Source of the DNA: Phycisphaerales bacterium
GTDB taxonomy: Bacteria; Planctomycetota; Phycisphaerae; Phycisphaerales; SM1A02
NCBI GenBank assembly: GCA_965227335.1
Contig: CBDDFV010000001.1
Span: 771,627-835,626, forward strand
Reading direction: 5' to 3'
DNA length: 64,000 bases
The notes under the pieces are model-generated. The model searched no databases, was not told the DNA's origin, and worked only from the letters and a program-made list of their open reading frames with translations. This document shows positions 17,802-26,209 of this stretch, piece by piece (the first letter of the stretch is position 1; each line of letters opens with the position of its first letter). A program made the position numbers and the translations under genes.

Positions 17802-17810
17802 TGGCGCGCG

Positions 17811-18539
17811 TCAGACCGGGGCCGCCGCGTCGCCCAACGCCGCGCCGACGCGATCTCCGACGTCACGCTGTCCCGCCGTCCCGACCACGAGGTCCTGGCG
17901 CACCTCCAGCTCGATCCCGAGGTACCTCGCCGGGTCCAGCCGCTGACGCAGGGTCGTCGTGAGTCCGTCCGAATCCCCGCGGTACGGCTGGTTGAAGGGA
18001 CATCGCCAGTTCGGCCCCGCCGACCGCAGCGCCTTCCGCCACCGCTCGGCGAACGCCAGTTCATACGGCCGCGCTTCGTCAAACAGCAGCGCGACCTCCA
18101 GTTCGCGCGTCCTGCCGTTCAATGACTCGGTGCAGGAATGCACGCCCACATGCAGCACCCGGTGACCGGCGCGCAGCGCGGCGTCGATCGTGCGCTCCAC
18201 ATTCGCCCGGTACGGTGCGTAGTACCCGCCGACGATCGACGCCCGCACCGTTTCCGACACATCCCGGGTGTACACGCTGAAGACGTCCGGCTGATCGAGC
18301 GACCGGTTCAGATCGACGAGCAGACGGGTGACGGTCGAGAAGATGATCGGCGCCGACCGCCGCGCGGCGATCCGAAGCCCGACGCCCAACGCGCCGATGT
18401 CGCTGCCGCGATGCGTCGCGAGATCCGCTTCCGCCCCGCGGAACAGATCGACGTACGGGGCGGGAACGTCGCGTCCGCCGTGCTCGCAGGTCAGCAGGAT
18501 GAACGACGGCCGCCACGTCGCGGGCGTCTCACGGGGCAC
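17811..18539 (-). CDS. N-formylglutamate amidohydrolase family protein
   Basis: 242 aa. FILLTCEHGGRDVP N-terminal motif of the FGase family. GTG start overlaps the upstream GCS2 stop by 11 nt. Confidence 0.75.
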   Translation of the reverse strand: MPRETPATWRPSFILLTCEHGGRDVPAPYVDLFRGAEADLATHRGSDIGALGVGLRIAARRSAPIIFSTVTRLLVDLNRSLDQPDVFSVYTRDVSETVRASIVGGYYAPYRANVERTIDAALRAGHRVLHVGVHSCTESLNGRTRELEVALLFDEARPYELAFAERWRKALRSAGPNWRCPFNQPYRGDSDGLTTTLRQRLDPARYLGIELEVRQDLVVGTAGQRDVGDRVGAALGDAAAPV

Positions 18540-19788
18540 GGAAGAGCTCCCCGCGGTCGAGACAGTCGCCGAGTTCGCGGTAGACGTCCTGCAGTTCCGA
18601 ATGCGTCGGGAAGCGCCGGATACACCGACCGATCCGGTTGGCGAGCGTCCCCGTGCGCAGCATGCGACGCAGGAGCGGCGTCCAGGTCGGATCGTCCGGC
18701 AGCAACAGCTCCTGCAACCGGATCCACAGATCGCCCGCCCACATCATCGACTGCGACACGCCGAACGCGTCCAGCACCGTCCGCTCCCGGATCCGGGTGC
18801 GGTCCGCGTACCGAATCGTGTCGAGCAGCACCCCGTGCAGCAGATCCGTCGCGACCTGCTGCTGATCAGACCACGACAACCAGCGCTCCTCCACGACCGC
18901 CCGCACCACCGCCGTGACCAGCGCGACGATCGCAAGATCCGCGGCCGGACACTCCTGGATATCGAGCACCCGGATCTCGATCGCCCCCCGGTCGAACCGC
19001 GCCATCGCCCCCCGCGCGTTCGCGAACTCGTGGCGAAGGACGCCGTCGGGATCGTGCGGCCGCAGGTCGTCGTACAGCCGCTCCAGAATGTCGCGCTCGT
19101 ACGCGGCCCGCGTGAACACGGGCTCGGGGACGACCAGCCCCGTCATCATCGGGATTCGCGCGGCGTTCGTGCGGTACACCTCCATCCGGTGACATGAGAT
19201 CGGCGACCAGCGCCCCGCCACGATCGGCGAACTCGCGGCCAGCGCCGGCAGCAGCGGCAACACCAGGCGGAGCGCCGCGTGCAGTCGCCCGAACTCCTCG
19301 TCATTCGCGAACGGCAGATTGACGTGCGTGCTCTGCAGATTGCCCCAGCCGTGGCCGCGACAGCCGAAGATGCGGTCGTACGTGCGATAGATCTCGTTGT
19401 TCTCGTGCGGCCAGAGCCGGGTCTCGCGATCAGGATCCATCCAGGGATGCATCGCGGTCGGCAGGAGCCGCGCGCCCAGCGGGGCGAGCAGATCGTTGAC
19501 GCGACGCACGTGCCGCTGGAACTCGTCGATCAGCCCGTCCAGCGTCGCCGCCGGACGCTGCGTCTTCAGTTCGACCACGTGCAGGGCGAGTTCGTTCGAC
19601 CACGCAATGCGTCCGTCCGGACCGTCCGGCTCGACGTCCGACGCCGACCCGCCCGTCGCCGCCTCGAAGAGCTGGTCGCAGATCGGACGCACGTCGAGCG
19701 TCGCCCGGTCGACGATCATGTACTCCAGCTCCACGCCCGCCGCGTCGAAGAGACCGAGCGGATATGACCAGTCGGCGGCGGGACTCAT
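18529..19788 (-). CDS. carboxylate-amine ligase (glutamate--cysteine ligase family 2, YbdK-like)
   Basis: Real start is MSPAADWSYPLGLF (ATG 19788), which overlaps the upstream stop as ATGA. GVELEYMIVD and STHVNLPF motifs. The remaining 334 aa of the 753-aa track ORF are an out-of-frame readthrough over the upstream gene. Confidence 0.8.
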   Translation of the reverse strand: MSPAADWSYPLGLFDAAGVELEYMIVDRATLDVRPICDQLFEAATGGSASDVEPDGPDGRIAWSNELALHVVELKTQRPAATLDGLIDEFQRHVRRVNDLLAPLGARLLPTAMHPWMDPDRETRLWPHENNEIYRTYDRIFGCRGHGWGNLQSTHVNLPFANDEEFGRLHAALRLVLPLLPALAASSPIVAGRWSPISCHRMEVYRTNAARIPMMTGLVVPEPVFTRAAYERDILERLYDDLRPHDPDGVLRHEFANARGAMARFDRGAIEIRVLDIQECPAADLAIVALVTAVVRAVVEERWLSWSDQQQVATDLLHGVLLDTIRYADRTRIRERTVLDAFGVSQSMMWAGDLWIRLQELLLPDDPTWTPLLRRMLRTGTLANRIGRCIRRFPTHSELQDVYRELGDCLDRGELFRAP

Positions 19789-21230
19789 CGCGATTCGATC
19801 CTTCGCAGGAAGTGCTGCATGACGCGACGGTAGAGATCGTCGCCGGCCGCGGCGTCCTCGACGCCGGCGTCGATGTTCGGATTGTCGTTCACCTCGATCA
19901 CCACCGGCCGGCCGCGCACGATCTTGAGATCGACCCCGTACAAACCGTCGCCCATCAGGTTGGCGGCGCGGATCGCAAGACGCACCACGTCCTGCGGCGC
20001 CGCGTCCGTCGGCATCGTCTCGCTGTCGCCCTCGTGCACGCCGGCGTCGTCGCGCCGGACGATCTGCCAGTGGGCCGGGGCCATTCCGTACCGGCACGCG
20101 TACAACGCCGACCCCCCGAGCACGCCGATCCGCCAGTCGAAGTCCGTGGGCACGTACTCCTGCGCGACGAGCAGATCGCTGCCCTCGAAGAACGTGGCGA
20201 GCATCGCCGGGGCCGACGCCTCGTCGTCGCACCGCGACACGCCCGCCGAAAACGAACTGTCCGGCCGCTTCAGCACGCACGGGAACCCGAGCGAACGCAG
20301 ACCGTCCATCGCGTTTTCCTTCGACAAGATCAGCGTGCGCGGCGTCGCAATCCGGTGACGCGCCATCGTCTCCGCGAGGTACACCTTGTTCGTACAACGG
20401 ACGATCGACACCGGATCGTCCATCACCGCCAGGCCCTCCGCCTCCGCCCGACGCGCAAATCGATACGTGTAGTGATCCACCGAAGTCGTCGACCGGATGA
20501 ACAACGCGTCGTACTCCGCGATCCGACCGTAGGCGTCCCGGCGAATCAGGTCGCATGCGAGCCCCAGGGATTCGCCCGCCGCGACGAAACGACGCAGCGC
20601 CTCCGCGTTCGACGGCGACGTGGCTTCGTCCGGGTCGTGCAGGATCGCGAGGTCGAACCGAGTCGCGGCCGGCGTCCGGCCGCGGCGCGGCGCCCGGCGG
20701 AGGTACCGTTCCGCCTGCTCCGCGATGAACGGCCAGTGCGACTCCGGCGCATCGCCCAACCCGATCACCCGCACCGAGCTGAGCTTCCATTCGCCGTTCC
20801 GTTCGAATCGCGCGCGGAGCAACGGGGCCGGAAAGGCGTTGAAGATCGCGGTCGCCAGCCGATCATGCCTCGCCGCCAGATTGTGCCCGAAGTAGATGCT
20901 GAGTTCGAACCCGGCCGACCGGATCGGCCTCAGGCTCGACTGAATCAGGTCTTCGAAGTCCTGCGAGACGATCTTCACCACCGGGGCGAGACGCAGATCC
21001 TGGATCGCCGTCACCGACGGCAGCGGACGATGGCCCCGCGCTTCCGCCAGCAGCGAAACGTAGTACCCCGCCGCCTGGTAGCGGAACGAGCGACAGAGAT
21101 TGAAGACCTTGCGCCCCGGCGCCCCCGCCCACGTCGGGTCGGAGAGATAGGCGTACGACGACACCACCTCCGTCCCGGGAATCTCGAGCGGCCATCGCGT
21201 CGGGTGGTCGACGACCAGCAGCGATGTCAT
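19785..21230 (-). CDS. RimK-like ATP-grasp ligase with N-terminal RLAN-type domain
   Basis: 481 aa. C-terminal ATP-grasp (FPCVLKRPDSSFSAGV, LLVAQEYVPTDFDWRIGVLGG, GVDLKIVRGRPVVIEVNDNP). About 200-aa N-terminal domain with FRYQAAGYYVSLLAEARGH. ATGA overlaps at both ends. Confidence 0.85.
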   Translation of the reverse strand: MTSLLVVDHPTRWPLEIPGTEVVSSYAYLSDPTWAGAPGRKVFNLCRSFRYQAAGYYVSLLAEARGHRPLPSVTAIQDLRLAPVVKIVSQDFEDLIQSSLRPIRSAGFELSIYFGHNLAARHDRLATAIFNAFPAPLLRARFERNGEWKLSSVRVIGLGDAPESHWPFIAEQAERYLRRAPRRGRTPAATRFDLAILHDPDEATSPSNAEALRRFVAAGESLGLACDLIRRDAYGRIAEYDALFIRSTTSVDHYTYRFARRAEAEGLAVMDDPVSIVRCTNKVYLAETMARHRIATPRTLILSKENAMDGLRSLGFPCVLKRPDSSFSAGVSRCDDEASAPAMLATFFEGSDLLVAQEYVPTDFDWRIGVLGGSALYACRYGMAPAHWQIVRRDDAGVHEGDSETMPTDAAPQDVVRLAIRAANLMGDGLYGVDLKIVRGRPVVIEVNDNPNIDAGVEDAAAGDDLYRRVMQHFLRRIESR

Positions 21231-22036
21231 GGACCGGACGCCTCGTCACGCGGTTCAATCACCAGCATGTTCGCATCGTACGTCAGCACCCCGAGCATGA
21301 TCGCCGGCGTCAGACGACTCATCGACATCACGTAGTGCTGCGTGGAGAAACCCGGGTTGTGGGCCAGCGGATCCGCGACCGTCACCTGGCGGCGCTTCGG
21401 ATCAAACCCGTGCAGCACCACGAAGTGACCGGTGGGAAAGCCGCGAATGTCGTCGTAATCGTCATTCGGACCGAACTCCCTCGCGCACCGGTAGAGATAC
21501 GTCGCGCTCAGCCCCGTCAGCACCGGCCGCCCGCTCCGGATGAAGCCGGCGATCAGACGGGTCGTGAGATCGCGGAACCGGATCGCCCCGCCCCGACGCA
21601 GAAACTCCAGATACGACGCCGTCGCGACCGGAAACCGCGGATCGTCCGTCCGCTTCGCCTCCGCCTGCGCCTCCAGACGATCCATGAGCGCCGCCGCCGA
21701 GGCGTCGCCGTGCGCATCGAACCAGGTGGGGTCGAAGATCTGCAGGTTGAAGGTGTACAGCGCGGCGTCATACCCGCGGCTCAACGCGTGGTTGCCGAGC
21801 ATGACCGCCAGCGTCCCCCGCCCCGCCCCCAGCGAGCGCACGGATTCGATGACCTCGTCCAGACCAACCCGCTCGCCAAAGTAGCGATAGACCGCATGCA
21901 GACACGTCGGTCCGCAGGTCTCGTCGTCGGGCTGCGGCATCATCTCCACCGGCAGGACCGCGGGCAGACTCGATGTGCGATCCCGGGACACAGGCGAAGA
22001 TGAACCGGACTCGGGTGCTGGGTCCCGCTCAGTCAT
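21227..22036 (-). CDS. C39-like papain-fold cysteine peptidase
   Basis: Start MTERDP (ATG 22036, GGAG 11 nt upstream). Q-x5-C in QPDDETCGPTCL, and His/Asp in GHFVVLHGFDPKRRQVTVADP. Confidence 0.7.
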   Translation of the reverse strand: MTERDPAPESGSSSPVSRDRTSSLPAVLPVEMMPQPDDETCGPTCLHAVYRYFGERVGLDEVIESVRSLGAGRGTLAVMLGNHALSRGYDAALYTFNLQIFDPTWFDAHGDASAAALMDRLEAQAEAKRTDDPRFPVATASYLEFLRRGGAIRFRDLTTRLIAGFIRSGRPVLTGLSATYLYRCAREFGPNDDYDDIRGFPTGHFVVLHGFDPKRRQVTVADPLAHNPGFSTQHYVMSMSRLTPAIMLGVLTYDANMLVIEPRDEASGP

Positions 22037-22081
22037 GAAGACGAACTCCGGCGACGGTCCGATGCGGTCGCACGCCGACGT

Positions 22082-22087
22082 ATTGTA
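22082..22087 (-). promoter_or_regulatory. -10-like box TACAAT upstream of the four-gene ligase cassette
   Basis: Minus strand TACAAT, 45 nt upstream of ATG 22036 and followed by GGAG. Lies in the 73-nt gap after the antiporter stop. No good -35. Confidence 0.35.
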
Positions 22088-22109
22088 TCTCGAACCGACC
22101 CGCGGCCGA

Positions 22110-24452
22110 TCAACGCTCCCGCGACGCCCGGATGCTCGCCACCCGGATCGCGGCCAGAACGTCCGCCGGCGCCGATGACTCGTACACCATCGCCCGCGTC
22201 TCGTCGTCAATCATGCACCGCGCCAGCTCCGCCAGCGTCGCCAGGTGACCCTCCGGATCCCCCGGCGGACTCAACAGCAGAAACACCAGACGGATCGGCT
22301 CGCCGTCCGGCGACGGCGTCTCCAGCGGCGAACGCAGCCGCGCCAGTCCGCATAACCGACGATCCAACCCCTCCACGTACGCGTGCGGAATCGCCACCCC
22401 GTTCCCGATCGCCGCGGGAAACGTCGACTCACGCTCCATCAGATCATGGATCGTCGCCTCGCGCGGCGTCCGCGGTTCGATCTTCACCACCTCGTCCATC
22501 AACGCCGACAACACCGCCTCCAGATCCGCCGCCGTCGTCAACGACAGAATCAACGACGGATGCAGACTCCGCGCCAGGTAGTCCGCCCGACGACGCAGGA
22601 ACAACACCCGGTCGTCATCCTTCGCCCCCGCCAACGCTTCCTCGCTCGGATCCAGCACCAGACGACCGTCCAGCACCGCCGCGATCGCCGCCGCGTCACC
22701 CGACGCCGCCGGGTCGCGGGGGGCCGCCTCGAACACCGCCGCCTCCCGACGACTCAGTTCGCCCGAAATCAACGACGGGCGCGGCAGACGCTTCCACACC
22801 AGCACGCCGTTCTGCGCATCCTGCGTTTCCTCCCCGTCCGCCGCCACCGGATTGCACCGATACGTGTTCGTCGACCCGACCACCCCGCGCCACGCCTGGC
22901 AGACCCGGACGTTCAGATCCTCATTGTCCGTCAGGGCCAGCACCCGGCCGATCGGATGAAACTCGGTCCGCTCCTGCAACGCGTTGTCACGCGCGTCGCC
23001 GACGAACGCCGTCAGATCCTCCCGACGCGCCTCCTGCACCGCCCGGCCGTTCGTGTCGACGATCACCACCGGCACCTCCAGCGCCCGCTGCAGGAAAGAC
23101 GCCACCCGGCGCGCAAACTGATTCGCCCCCACGATCATCCAACCCACCGGCGGCGATCGACGCACGTGCAGCAGCTTGGCGAGCACGCCGGCCGTGCCCC
23201 CCTGGATGAAGATGGTGGCGATGATCATCGAATAGACGAACGTCTCGACAAACGTCCCGTACGCCGCGCGATCCGCGTTGAAGTTCACCGAGTCCGGCGC
23301 CCCCGCGGACTGCGCGATGCTCAACGCGAACAAGGACGCCATCGACGCCGCCACGATCCCGCGCGGCCCGACCCAGGCGAGGAACACCTTTTCGTTGAGC
23401 GACAGATCCAGACCGATCGAACACAGGAAGATGCTCAGCGGACGCACGATCAACATCACCGCGACCACGGTGACGACGCCCGTCCATCCGAACTCGACGA
23501 ACTGGGCCACGCTCAGCCGCGCGGAGAGCAACACGAAGAGCGTCCCGATCAACAGATCGATCACCTCCGACTTGAACTCCTTGACCTGCTTCGCTTCGAA
23601 GGAGCCGCCCGCCGCGAATACGAACCCCGCCGCCGTCACCGCCAGCAGACCCGCCTCCGCGATCACGTACTCCGCCAGAATGAAGAACGCGACCGCGAAC
23701 CCCACCGCGCCGACATTCAGCATCGACTCCGGCAGCAGCTTGCGCCGCGTCAGGAAGATCAGCAACAGGCCGCCGACGACGCCGATCCCCAGCCCCGACC
23801 CCACCCGCAGGGCGAGGTTCATCACCGCCTCCAACCCCGTCTCGTCCACGACGACGTACTCGAAACACAACAACGCAATGAAGACGCCGATCGGATCGAT
23901 CAGCACCCCCTCCCAGTGCAGCACGTTGTGCAGACGAGACGACACCCGGATGCGCTTCAGCAACGGCCCGATCACCGTCGGACCCGTCACGATCACCAGA
24001 CTCGCCGCGAGAAACGCATACTCCCCCGGAATCCGACCCCCCGTCGAGCACCGCGCCAGCAGCCAGATCAGCAGCGCGGCGCCGAACCACGTGATCATCA
24101 CCCCGAACGTCAGCAGCCGCCGAATCATCGTCGGCGCCTCGCGGTACCCCTTGATGTTCAGCGTCAGCCCGCCCTCGAACAGGATCAGGCCGATGCACAT
24201 CGCCACGATCGCCCGCAGACCGTCCCCCAGGGTCTTCGGATCGACCCACTCGAGCCGGCCCGGACCCAGCAGAAACCCGCCGATCAGCAACAGCACGATC
24301 GCCGGCAGACCCGCCAGACGCGCCGCCGTGATCAGCAATGCACCCGCCGCGATCGCCACGCCGAACGTCATCAGCATCTCGTGCGCCGGGTCGGCGTCCG
24401 CCGCCGCCAGCACCCACATCCAGCCGCCCGTGATGTCGCCAAGCCATGTCAT
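22110..24452 (-). CDS. CPA1-type cation:proton antiporter fused to an RCK/TrkA-N-like domain and a PTS EIIA type-2 (Ntr-like) domain
   Basis: 780 aa. About 420-aa polytopic Na+/H+ exchanger region, a central WMIVGANQFARRVASFL...VVIVDTN Rossmann-like segment, and C-terminal EIIA-2 with AIGNGVAIPHAYVEG (phosphorylatable His). Confidence 0.85.
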   Translation of the reverse strand: MTWLGDITGGWMWVLAAADADPAHEMLMTFGVAIAAGALLITAARLAGLPAIVLLLIGGFLLGPGRLEWVDPKTLGDGLRAIVAMCIGLILFEGGLTLNIKGYREAPTMIRRLLTFGVMITWFGAALLIWLLARCSTGGRIPGEYAFLAASLVIVTGPTVIGPLLKRIRVSSRLHNVLHWEGVLIDPIGVFIALLCFEYVVVDETGLEAVMNLALRVGSGLGIGVVGGLLLIFLTRRKLLPESMLNVGAVGFAVAFFILAEYVIAEAGLLAVTAAGFVFAAGGSFEAKQVKEFKSEVIDLLIGTLFVLLSARLSVAQFVEFGWTGVVTVVAVMLIVRPLSIFLCSIGLDLSLNEKVFLAWVGPRGIVAASMASLFALSIAQSAGAPDSVNFNADRAAYGTFVETFVYSMIIATIFIQGGTAGVLAKLLHVRRSPPVGWMIVGANQFARRVASFLQRALEVPVVIVDTNGRAVQEARREDLTAFVGDARDNALQERTEFHPIGRVLALTDNEDLNVRVCQAWRGVVGSTNTYRCNPVAADGEETQDAQNGVLVWKRLPRPSLISGELSRREAAVFEAAPRDPAASGDAAAIAAVLDGRLVLDPSEEALAGAKDDDRVLFLRRRADYLARSLHPSLILSLTTAADLEAVLSALMDEVVKIEPRTPREATIHDLMERESTFPAAIGNGVAIPHAYVEGLDRRLCGLARLRSPLETPSPDGEPIRLVFLLLSPPGDPEGHLATLAELARCMIDDETRAMVYESSAPADVLAAIRVASIRASRER

Positions 24453-24461
24453 GCGGGCCGC

Positions 24462-24467
24462 ATCCTA
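24462..24467 (-). promoter_or_regulatory. -10-like box TAGGAT, 9 nt upstream of antiporter ATG
   Basis: Minus strand reads TAGGAT-gcggcccgc-ATG. No SD. Confidence 0.4.
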
Positions 24468-24541
24468 CCGAAACCCGCACGGCCGCGACCGACGCCGTTT
24501 TTCTCGCCTTCTCGGACATCCCCGTTTGACATCCGACCGTT

Positions 24542-24559
24542 CTTGATCGATCGTTCAAG
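24542..24559. promoter_or_regulatory. operator-like imperfect palindrome in the divergent antiporter/DinB spacer
   Basis: CTTGAtCGATCGtTCAAG (8 of 9 arm pairs). TTGACA lies at 24526-24531 just upstream, and a GCGGCGCC-GT-GGCGCCGC hairpin at 24563-24580. Confidence 0.3.
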
Positions 24560-24620
24560 TAAGCGGCGCCGTGGCGCCGCCCGACCTCGGTTCATTCCCT
24601 CCGACTGAAAGACGCCGCCC

Positions 24621-25130
24621 GTGACCGCCACCTCCCCGCTCGACGCCGCTCGCGCCAACGGACGCTTCGCACTCAACTTCTCACGCCAGTGGCTCGAAGG
24701 CCTCCTCGCCGACTTCCCGGCCGACCAGATGTGCGCCCAGCCCATCGACGACTGCAATCACGCCCTCTGGATCATGGGTCACCTCGCGTGGACCGATGAC
24801 GCCATGCTCACCGGCCTCGGCGATCAACCCTCCGCCCTCGAGGACGGCTGGGTCGAGACGTTCGGCATGAAATCCACCCCGACCGGCGACGCCGACGCGT
24901 ATCCCGACCCGGCCCGCGTCCGGACCGTCATGCAGGAGCGACGCGCGGCTCTCCTCGCCTGGCTCGAAGGACTCTCCGACGACGAACTCGAGACCCCGCT
25001 CGATGGCGACTGGGCCTCGTTCGCGCCCAATCGAGGCGGCCTCATGTCCACCCTCGCGGCCCACGAGACCATGCACGCCGGTCAGCTCTCCATGATCCGA
25101 CGCGCGTTCCGACTGCCATTCGTCTACTGA
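24621..25130 (+). CDS. DinB family protein
   Basis: 169 aa, GTG start. Four-helix DinB-like His pattern (NHALWIMGHLAW ... AAHETMHAGQL). Confidence 0.7.
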   Translation: MTATSPLDAARANGRFALNFSRQWLEGLLADFPADQMCAQPIDDCNHALWIMGHLAWTDDAMLTGLGDQPSALEDGWVETFGMKSTPTGDADAYPDPARVRTVMQERRAALLAWLEGLSDDELETPLDGDWASFAPNRGGLMSTLAAHETMHAGQLSMIRRAFRLPFVY

Positions 25131-25183
25131 TCCTGATCACGCCCGCACCCGACGCCCCGCCCTGTTTGATGGGAGCCTCCGCC

Positions 25184-26089
25184 ATGCCTGCATCGCCCGT
25201 CCTCGCCACGCTGCTGTGCGCGCTGTTCGGGACCGTCGCTTTCGCGGCGCCCGCCCTCACGTTCGAGACCACCGTTCCCGCGCCGCGCGAGCAGGTCTTT
25301 CGCGCCTGGTCGACCAGCGCCGGCCTCCGGGCGTTCCTCGAGGTCGACGCCGTCGTCGAACTTCGCGTCGGCGGACCCTACGAGATCGCCTTCGGTCCGG
25401 ACCTGCCGGCGGGATCGCGCGGCTCGGAGGGCTGCCGCGTCCTCAGCTACGTCCCCGATTCCATGCTCTCCTTCACCTGGAACGCACCGCCGACGATCCC
25501 CGCGCTCCGCGCCCGGCGCACGTTCGTGGTCGTGCAACTCACGGACGCTCCCGGCGACGGACGGACCCACGTCCGGCTGACCCACGCCGGCTGGCCGGAC
25601 GATCACCAGGACTGGCCCGAAGTGCGCGGCTACTTCGAACGCGCGTGGCCCAACGTCCTCCGTGCGCTCAAGTCCGCCTGCGAGCGTGGTCTGCCCGACC
25701 TGCCCGATCCCTTGACTCTTCCCGGCAGTCCGCCGCCTGTCTACTGGTCGTATCACCTCACACCCGCCGATCCGACCTTCCCCGCCAACGCATCGCCGGC
25801 CGAGCAGGCGACGGTGGGGGCCCACTTCGCCCATCTCGAGCGGATGGCCGCTGACGGCGTGCTCGTCATGGCGGGTCGAACGGAGGCGTCGGTGACGGCC
25901 CCGGGCGAATCGCCGGACGCGGGTCGGACGAAGCCGCTGGACGGCATCGTCGTCTTCGCCGCGCCGGACCACGCCGCCGCCCAGACCCGGATGGAGGCGG
26001 ATCCCGCGGTGGCCTCGGGTCTGTTCGTGGCGGAACTGCGTCCGTTCCGACTGGCGTTGATCCGTGATCGCGTGGAGCCCCGACGTTGA
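25184..26089 (+). CDS. secreted SRPBCC (AHSA1-like) domain protein fused to a YciI-like domain
   Basis: ATG 25184 has GGGAG 8 nt upstream. Signal peptide MPASPVLATLLCALFGTVAFAAP. SRPBCC-like N-half (VFRAWSTSAGLRAFL). YciI-like C-half (GAHFAHLERMAADGVLVMAGRT ... EADPAVASGLFVAELRPF). Confidence 0.65.
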   Translation: MPASPVLATLLCALFGTVAFAAPALTFETTVPAPREQVFRAWSTSAGLRAFLEVDAVVELRVGGPYEIAFGPDLPAGSRGSEGCRVLSYVPDSMLSFTWNAPPTIPALRARRTFVVVQLTDAPGDGRTHVRLTHAGWPDDHQDWPEVRGYFERAWPNVLRALKSACERGLPDLPDPLTLPGSPPPVYWSYHLTPADPTFPANASPAEQATVGAHFAHLERMAADGVLVMAGRTEASVTAPGESPDAGRTKPLDGIVVFAAPDHAAAQTRMEADPAVASGLFVAELRPFRLALIRDRVEPRR

Positions 26090-26209
26090 ACCGGACGCTC
26101 AGGCAATCCGGGTTGCATCAGGGGCGGAAGCCGTTATCCTGCCCGACCTTTCGGATGGCCCGTGCGGGCGGTCCGATGTCTTCCGTCCCCGACGCAGGAG
26201 TCCTCCGCC

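Noticed and set aside
18529-20790. ORF-track N-terminal extensions: the 753-aa form of the GCS2 gene, the 593-aa form of the decarboxylase (3530-5311), the 620-aa form of the ALDH (1462-3324), the 327-aa form of the C39 peptidase (21227-22210), the 421-aa form of the FliN-like gene (49984-51249) and the 516-aa form of the EF-hand protein (38487-40037).
   Set aside because: The extensions are Arg/Gly/Pro-rich, overlap upstream genes out of frame, and homology-like sequence begins at an internal start that has an SD or an ATGA/TGATG overlap with the upstream stop.
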